From Promethearchaeota archaeon (GTDB lineage Archaea; Asgardarchaeota; Lokiarchaeia; Sigyniarchaeales; SOKP01), in NCBI GenBank assembly GCA_019057865.1, contig JAHLWP010000014.1, forward strand, positions 23,462 to 87,461: DNA of 64,000 nucleotides. Direction: 5' to 3'. A model generated the notes under the pieces. The model had not been told where the DNA came from, searched no databases, and saw nothing but the letters and a program-made list of their open reading frames with translations. How positions within the stretch are numbered: the stretch's first letter is position 1; every line of letters starts with the position of its first letter. The position numbers and the translations under genes were made by a program. Shown one piece after another: positions 58,947-64,000 of the stretch.

Positions 58947-60721
58947 TGACAAAAGTCGATATGAAATACACCAGTTTGTTTTGGAAACTGGGATTTGTTG
59001 AAGAAACTACTGATTTATATATTAAAGAATACACTGATTCTTATCGCATAGATATAGAAGCAGAAAAGCAAATAGTAAATTATGGATTTAATAATAAAAA
59101 GACTGATGATATTCCAACCACTTTGTATGAACATAAAGATTTCGTTGTATTAGAATGTGTAAACAGGTTAATTGAAAAAGGATATAAACGTGAGGATCTA
59201 CATTTAACGGGTAATGCGGATAAACTTGAAAAACCTGACATTATAGGATATGATAAATTAAACAAATCATTGTTTGCCTTTGATTGCAAACGATGGGGCA
59301 AAGATTTTGAGGAAGAATTGGCAATTATAAAAAAAGGAAAAGGTCTATTGTTCTCATACTTCAAAAACAATAAGGAAATAAAATATTTGTGTTTATATAC
59401 TTCAAGATTGGATGGTGGTCTATTAGAATATAAAAATGCAATAATATCAACCGCAAACATAAATCATGATAATTATATATATTTCTCGGGTATATTTGAA
59501 GAAAATGTAAAGCCCTACAATGCTGTTCTTTCTCTGTCAGAACAAGAGAGGCAGAACATGTTTGATAAGATAAAGACAGAAGTTTTAAAAAATTTAGATG
59601 GTAAAGAATACATAATAGAAGATGGTGTGTTGATAAAATACCAAGGAAATAGCGAACACATTAGAATTCCAAATTCTATTAAAAATATTGGGACAGGAGC
59701 ATTTTGGAATTGTACAAGCTTAGTATCCGTAGAAATACCAAATGGAATAAAAAGTATCGGTGGAGACGCATTTTATTATTGCCATAACTTAAAATCTTTA
59801 AACATTCCGAACAGTGTTCAAACTATTGGCAATGATCCGTTTGCTGACTGTCCGTTGCTTACATTAACAAACAAGAGCCCCGATTTTATTTTAGATGATG
59901 GTGTGTTATACGATAAAACAAAAACCACTATTATACACTATCCCATTAATAATATTTCAAAAACTTTTATTATCCCAAATGGAGTTATATGTATCGGAAA
60001 ACACGCATTTTATAATTGCACCAATCTTGAAAGCATTACCGTCCCTAGCAGTGTTATATGTATAGAAAACAATGTGTTTGCAGATTGTAAAAATCTTACT
60101 TTAACTAACAACAGCCCACATTTTGTTTTGGAAAACGGAGTGTTATATAATAAAGAAAAAACTCAATTAATATCTTTAATCGATCACCAATTGGAAACTC
60201 TCGATATTCCAAGCAGTGTTCTGACAATAGGAAAAAATGTTTTTTGGAATTGCTTGAATTTAAAGAGTGTTACTATTCCTAGAAGTGTTACCCGGATAGG
60301 TTACAACCCGTTTGCCGGCTGCAATTCTTTAGTGTTAAAGAATCATAGCCCTCATTTTGCTTTAGAAAACGGAGTGTTGTACAATAAAGAAAAAACAGAG
60401 ATAATCTATTGTCCAAATACCAGCATTTCAGGAACTATTGCCATACCGAGTAGCGTTACAAGCATAGGAAGGAATTCCTTTAGCTATTGCGTGAATCTTG
60501 AAACCTTAATTGTTCCAGCTGATGTAACCATTATTGAGAGGGGTGCATTTAGTGGTTGCATAAATTTATCATCTATCACAATCCCGGATAGCGTAAAATT
60601 CATTGGTAAATGGGCATTTGGTCATTGTAAAAACTTAAAAACTATTAAAATCTCAAAAAATACTGTAATAGAAGATTACGCTTTTGCTGAATGCCAAGTA
60701 AAAATAACTCTTATATCTTAA
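58946..60721 (+). CDS. Fusion of a restriction-type PD-(D/E)XK nuclease domain to BspA-type leucine-rich repeats
   Basis: N-term FVVLECVNRL.EKGY...PDI...FDCK..G...LFSY...LCLYTS resembles the nuclease domain of fused type I/IIG R-M enzymes; C-term IP.SV..IG..AF..C..L repeats; no signal peptide. Confidence 0.8.
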   Translation: MTKVDMKYTSLFWKLGFVEETTDLYIKEYTDSYRIDIEAEKQIVNYGFNNKKTDDIPTTLYEHKDFVVLECVNRLIEKGYKREDLHLTGNADKLEKPDIIGYDKLNKSLFAFDCKRWGKDFEEELAIIKKGKGLLFSYFKNNKEIKYLCLYTSRLDGGLLEYKNAIISTANINHDNYIYFSGIFEENVKPYNAVLSLSEQERQNMFDKIKTEVLKNLDGKEYIIEDGVLIKYQGNSEHIRIPNSIKNIGTGAFWNCTSLVSVEIPNGIKSIGGDAFYYCHNLKSLNIPNSVQTIGNDPFADCPLLTLTNKSPDFILDDGVLYDKTKTTIIHYPINNISKTFIIPNGVICIGKHAFYNCTNLESITVPSSVICIENNVFADCKNLTLTNNSPHFVLENGVLYNKEKTQLISLIDHQLETLDIPSSVLTIGKNVFWNCLNLKSVTIPRSVTRIGYNPFAGCNSLVLKNHSPHFALENGVLYNKEKTEIIYCPNTSISGTIAIPSSVTSIGRNSFSYCVNLETLIVPADVTIIERGAFSGCINLSSITIPDSVKFIGKWAFGHCKNLKTIKISKNTVIEDYAFAECQVKITLIS

Positions 60722-60785
60722 GTTCGGATATACGAAATTAATATTATAAATAATAAATTTTTATGAATCAAGGTTAGGAGATTAT

Positions 60786-61898
60786 ATGAACTCTAATATT
60801 TCAAAGAAGAAGAAGGAAAATTTATTGAAAAAAATTTCAATTCTTAAAGATTTCATAAGTAAAAACACCAATGACCCTACGTTAATAGAATACCTGCTGG
60901 AGATCAAGAAAGAAATTAATGAAAAAAGATATGGGCTTCTATTTGAAGAACATATAGAAGAGATTATCAGCGCGAATAACATAATATTATCTGAAGTAAA
61001 AGAATTATCTATAGACGTAGGGGGGAATGAAAATATACTAATAGAGGGTGAAAATTTAGCAGCATTAAAGGTTTTAGAACTAGAATATCGAGGTAAAATT
61101 GACGTAATCTGCATTGATCCACCATACAATACTGGAAATAAAACTTTGAAATATAATGACTACGATTACATTGATTCCGATGATGAATATAGCCACAGTA
61201 AATGGCTCAGTTTTATGGAGAAGAGGTTAAACATTGCAAAAGAATTGTTAGTTTCAAATGGGGTAATTTTTGTTAATATTGATGAGACTCAAATAGGTTG
61301 CTTGATTTTATTGTGCGAAGAAATTTTTGGGGAGCAAAATGTAGATGTATTAATCTGGCCTAAAACAGACCCAAAATATGACAAGAATAGAGTGGAAAAA
61401 CCGATTTTTAACGTGAAAATGGCACATGAATATGTAGTAATGTGTTATAAGAACAAGACTAATACACATTTTAATAAGATGATAAGACGTCCAAATAATA
61501 GCGATTTTAAAACACCAGAACAACCATTTTATATGGAATCCATACTAAATGAGATTGGGACAACTTCATTTGCAAAAGATGAATTGCACGAAATTTTTGG
61601 CAGTAGGGATATAAATGTCACTCCAAAACCACGAAAAATGATCAAAGAATTTGTGAGAGTAGCTGCGGGACCAAATGCGATTATTTTAGATTTTTTTGCA
61701 GGCTCAGGTACGACCGGTCATGCAGTAATGGATTTGAATAAAGAAGATGGAGGAAAAAGAAAATTTATTTTGGTAACTAATAATGAGAATAACATTTGTA
61801 TAGATATTACTTATGAGCGACTTAAGAGAGTAATTTATAAAGATAATTATACAGAGAATCTAAAATACTTTAAGATTGAATCAATACAAAGACTTTAA
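60786..61898 (+). CDS. Beta-class DNA methyltransferase (type III Mod-like) with short TRD
   Basis: YGL.FE.H.E, IEGENL, IDPPYNTG, HSKWLSFM..RL, PKP and LDFFAGSGTTGHAV. Confidence 0.9.
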   Translation: MNSNISKKKKENLLKKISILKDFISKNTNDPTLIEYLLEIKKEINEKRYGLLFEEHIEEIISANNIILSEVKELSIDVGGNENILIEGENLAALKVLELEYRGKIDVICIDPPYNTGNKTLKYNDYDYIDSDDEYSHSKWLSFMEKRLNIAKELLVSNGVIFVNIDETQIGCLILLCEEIFGEQNVDVLIWPKTDPKYDKNRVEKPIFNVKMAHEYVVMCYKNKTNTHFNKMIRRPNNSDFKTPEQPFYMESILNEIGTTSFAKDELHEIFGSRDINVTPKPRKMIKEFVRVAAGPNAIILDFFAGSGTTGHAVMDLNKEDGGKRKFILVTNNENNICIDITYERLKRVIYKDNYTENLKYFKIESIQRL

Positions 61899-61918
61899 AG
61901 TTTTAGAGGTACCCATTC

Positions 61919-62671
61919 ATGCCTGGTATTTTTGCAATCTCAGATCCCCACCTTCCCACTCAAACCCAAATAAGCAAATATGGAGCACCATCAGATTATT
62001 TTCAGCAAGTTTCAAATCATTTAGAACAAATTAATCCAGATGTTTTATTGATTGCGGGAGATTTAGTTTGGGGATCTGATATTTCCGAAATTCAAGCAGA
62101 ATTAGATCTTCTCCGAGAACTTCCGGGAAAATTAAAGTTTTTTATTGAAGGAAATCATGATATATGGGTAGATAGACTGAGTACATCCTACTCTGAAGCA
62201 CAACAAAAGATGTATGAACGTTTTTCAACTTCCAAGTTCTTTTATATAGGAGGAAGGGCTTCTATTGTTTCAATAAATTCGATCAAGGTAGGGATTTGCG
62301 GGGCGCGTGGGTTTGCATTTGATCCATATGAGAAGCCTATAGAAGATGAATTACTTTTTCGTAAAAATGAATTAGAATCATTAGATAAATCTTTATTTGA
62401 GCTTAAAAACATAATTAAAACCGAACATACAACAATTAATTTGTGTTTAATGCATTATCCTCCAACTGTTTCAGTCTTTAAAAACCATCGAATTGGAGAT
62501 GAAGAGTTTATAAAACACATTTACGATACAGAAATAATCAACAAGGTAATATTTGGTCATGTGCATATAGATGAAATTTTACGGTTATATACAAAAAAAG
62601 AAAAAATTGAACTATATTGTGCGACAATCGATCGAAATAATTATAATGCAATTAAAGTTTTTGATATTTAA
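61919..62671 (+). CDS. Calcineurin-like metallophosphoesterase
   Basis: SDPH, AGD, GNHD, HYPP, GHVH. Confidence 0.9.
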   Translation: MPGIFAISDPHLPTQTQISKYGAPSDYFQQVSNHLEQINPDVLLIAGDLVWGSDISEIQAELDLLRELPGKLKFFIEGNHDIWVDRLSTSYSEAQQKMYERFSTSKFFYIGGRASIVSINSIKVGICGARGFAFDPYEKPIEDELLFRKNELESLDKSLFELKNIIKTEHTTINLCLMHYPPTVSVFKNHRIGDEEFIKHIYDTEIINKVIFGHVHIDEILRLYTKKEKIELYCATIDRNNYNAIKVFDI

Positions 62672-62867
62672 TTTTCTAAATTAATTATAAAAGATTTTTA
62701 AATGGATTATATTGAATAAAATGAAGTAGTCTATTATATAACTCTTGAAACCATTTGCAATAATAGGCATTTCTTTCTTTTCTGTTTAAAGGAAATGAAC
62801 TCCATTATTATAAATATCAAGATTGAGAATAAGTTTCTATTATTATAAGGATGAGAAACTTATTCAA

Positions 62868-63044
62868 TTATTCTTGATATTCTTCCATAACCCTTTTTGC
62901 TACTTGATCTTTTGGTTCTATGCGCAAAGCTTGTTCAGCATAGTTTTTTGCCAATTCATGCTCTCCTAAGAACTTATATGTTAAAGCTAGATGACTTAGT
63001 GTAGAATTACTTTTTGGATCTTTCTCTAATGCTTTAATATATGC
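62868..63044 (-). pseudogene. C-terminal fragment of a TPR protein cut off by CRISPR array 2
   Basis: AYIKALEKDPKSNSTLSHLALTYKFLGEHELAKNYAEQALRIEPKDQVAKRVMEEYQE*; no start, with an in-frame TGA inside the adjacent repeat. Confidence 0.75.
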
Positions 63045-63827
63045 ATTTCAATCTTCTATTTGAAGTTAATTTCTTTGCGACTTGTTTAGCAAGACAAATG
63101 AAGCAAATATTAAGTTTACATTTCAATCTTCTATTTGAAGCTAATTTCTTTGCGACGGGATAAATATGAGAAATGGCAAAAGAGGGCTGAGAAAATTTCA
63201 ATCTTCTATTTGAAGCTAATTTCTTTGCGACGGTGTCACAATTCACAAGGTTATGGGAAACGATCTTAAATTTCAATCTTCTATTTGAAGCTAATTTCTT
63301 TGCGATATATTAATGCTTCCAATGTTAATGCTACTGCTGTATTATTTCAATCTTCTATTTGAAGCTAATTTCTTTGCGACTATAAAGATAGATAAATATA
63401 TTTATCCTTTCATAGATACATTTCAATCTTCTATTTGAAGCTAATTTCTTTGCGACGTTGGCACAATTCTTGCACATGGGGTAAAAAGAAAACATTTCAA
63501 TCTTCTATTTGAAGCTAATTTCTTTGCGACAAAGAGAAATGGCAAAAGAAGAGGGCTGAGAAATGAAATTTCAATCTTCTATTTGAAGCTAATTTCTTTG
63601 CGACATTATTTCTCATGGGATTATCCATGTGATATGAATCTATTTCAATCTTCTATTTGAAGCTAATTTCTTTGCGACAATATGCAGTGTGAGTGTTGTG
63701 GATTAGAGGGTTTTCAATTTCAATCTTCTATTTGAAGCTAATTTCTTTGCGACCTCAGATCAATTGTACTATTGCTAAAGGATATCCTGTATTTCAATCT
63801 TCTATTTGAAGCTAATTTCTTTGCGAC
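63045..63827 (-). CRISPR. CRISPR array 2: 11 repeats, 10 spacers
   Basis: Same 37-bp repeat as array 1. Confidence 0.97.
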
Positions 63828-64000
63828 TTATATTACTATATAATATAATATGAAAAGAAAATATATTTAATTTTTGTTAACTTAATAAAAATTTCATATT
63901 AAAACAAAAAATTTTCAATATTTTTTTCCAAAATTATTGTTTTATCAAAAAATTTTCTTTATTTTTGTTGTAATCTTCTCTCTTTTTGATTTATTTCTTC
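63828..64000 (-). promoter_or_regulatory. CRISPR leader (runs off the window edge)
   Basis: Near-identical to 48875-49001 apart from a 41-nt insertion. Confidence 0.85.

Noticed and set aside
63034-63276. 80-aa ORF with repeated VAKKLASNRRLK
   Set aside because: Translation of CRISPR repeats
45536-63827. Self-targeting spacers within the window
   Set aside because: None noticed by eye; an exhaustive alignment was not possible
1-64000. tRNA or rRNA genes
   Set aside because: No GC-rich cloverleaf or rRNA-like segment seen

Overview
Very AT-rich archaeal chromosome segment, almost certainly from an Asgard archaeon of the Lokiarchaeia type. The evidence is a Rab-like small GTPase, an archaeal proteasome alpha subunit, PolB2, a TFIIB-like protein, a Cdc48 N-domain protein and giant Loki-type membrane/TPR proteins. 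About 1-41 kb is mostly core-like: a giant repeat membrane protein, a divergent pair sharing a 76-bp inverted promoter duplication (a two-TM ectodomain protein versus a LIV-type ABC transporter + HEAT protein + acyl-CoA ligase), a split PolB2/arCOG07300/RadA-like module, GH20, Sir2, Rab, psmA and a degenerate HerA/VirB4-like membrane protein. About 41-64 kb is an accessory/defence region. It holds three CRISPR arrays with the same 37-bp repeat (14, 30 and 11 repeats, transcribed on the minus strand) and no core cas genes. The arrays bracket a ~14-kb cargo: type III ancillary genes (truncated HEPN effector, APE2256/Crn1-like ring nuclease, CARF-wHTH regulator), an IS remnant, a Cas4-like nuclease and a B12-type radical SAM gene. 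The cargo also carries the best candidate for a new system, a tightly coupled operon of SMP-like peptide - HNH remnant - nrdG - nrdD - dNMP kinase - restriction-nuclease::LRR fusion - Mod-like methyltransferase - metallophosphoesterase. All calls come from reading motifs by eye; no database searches were run.
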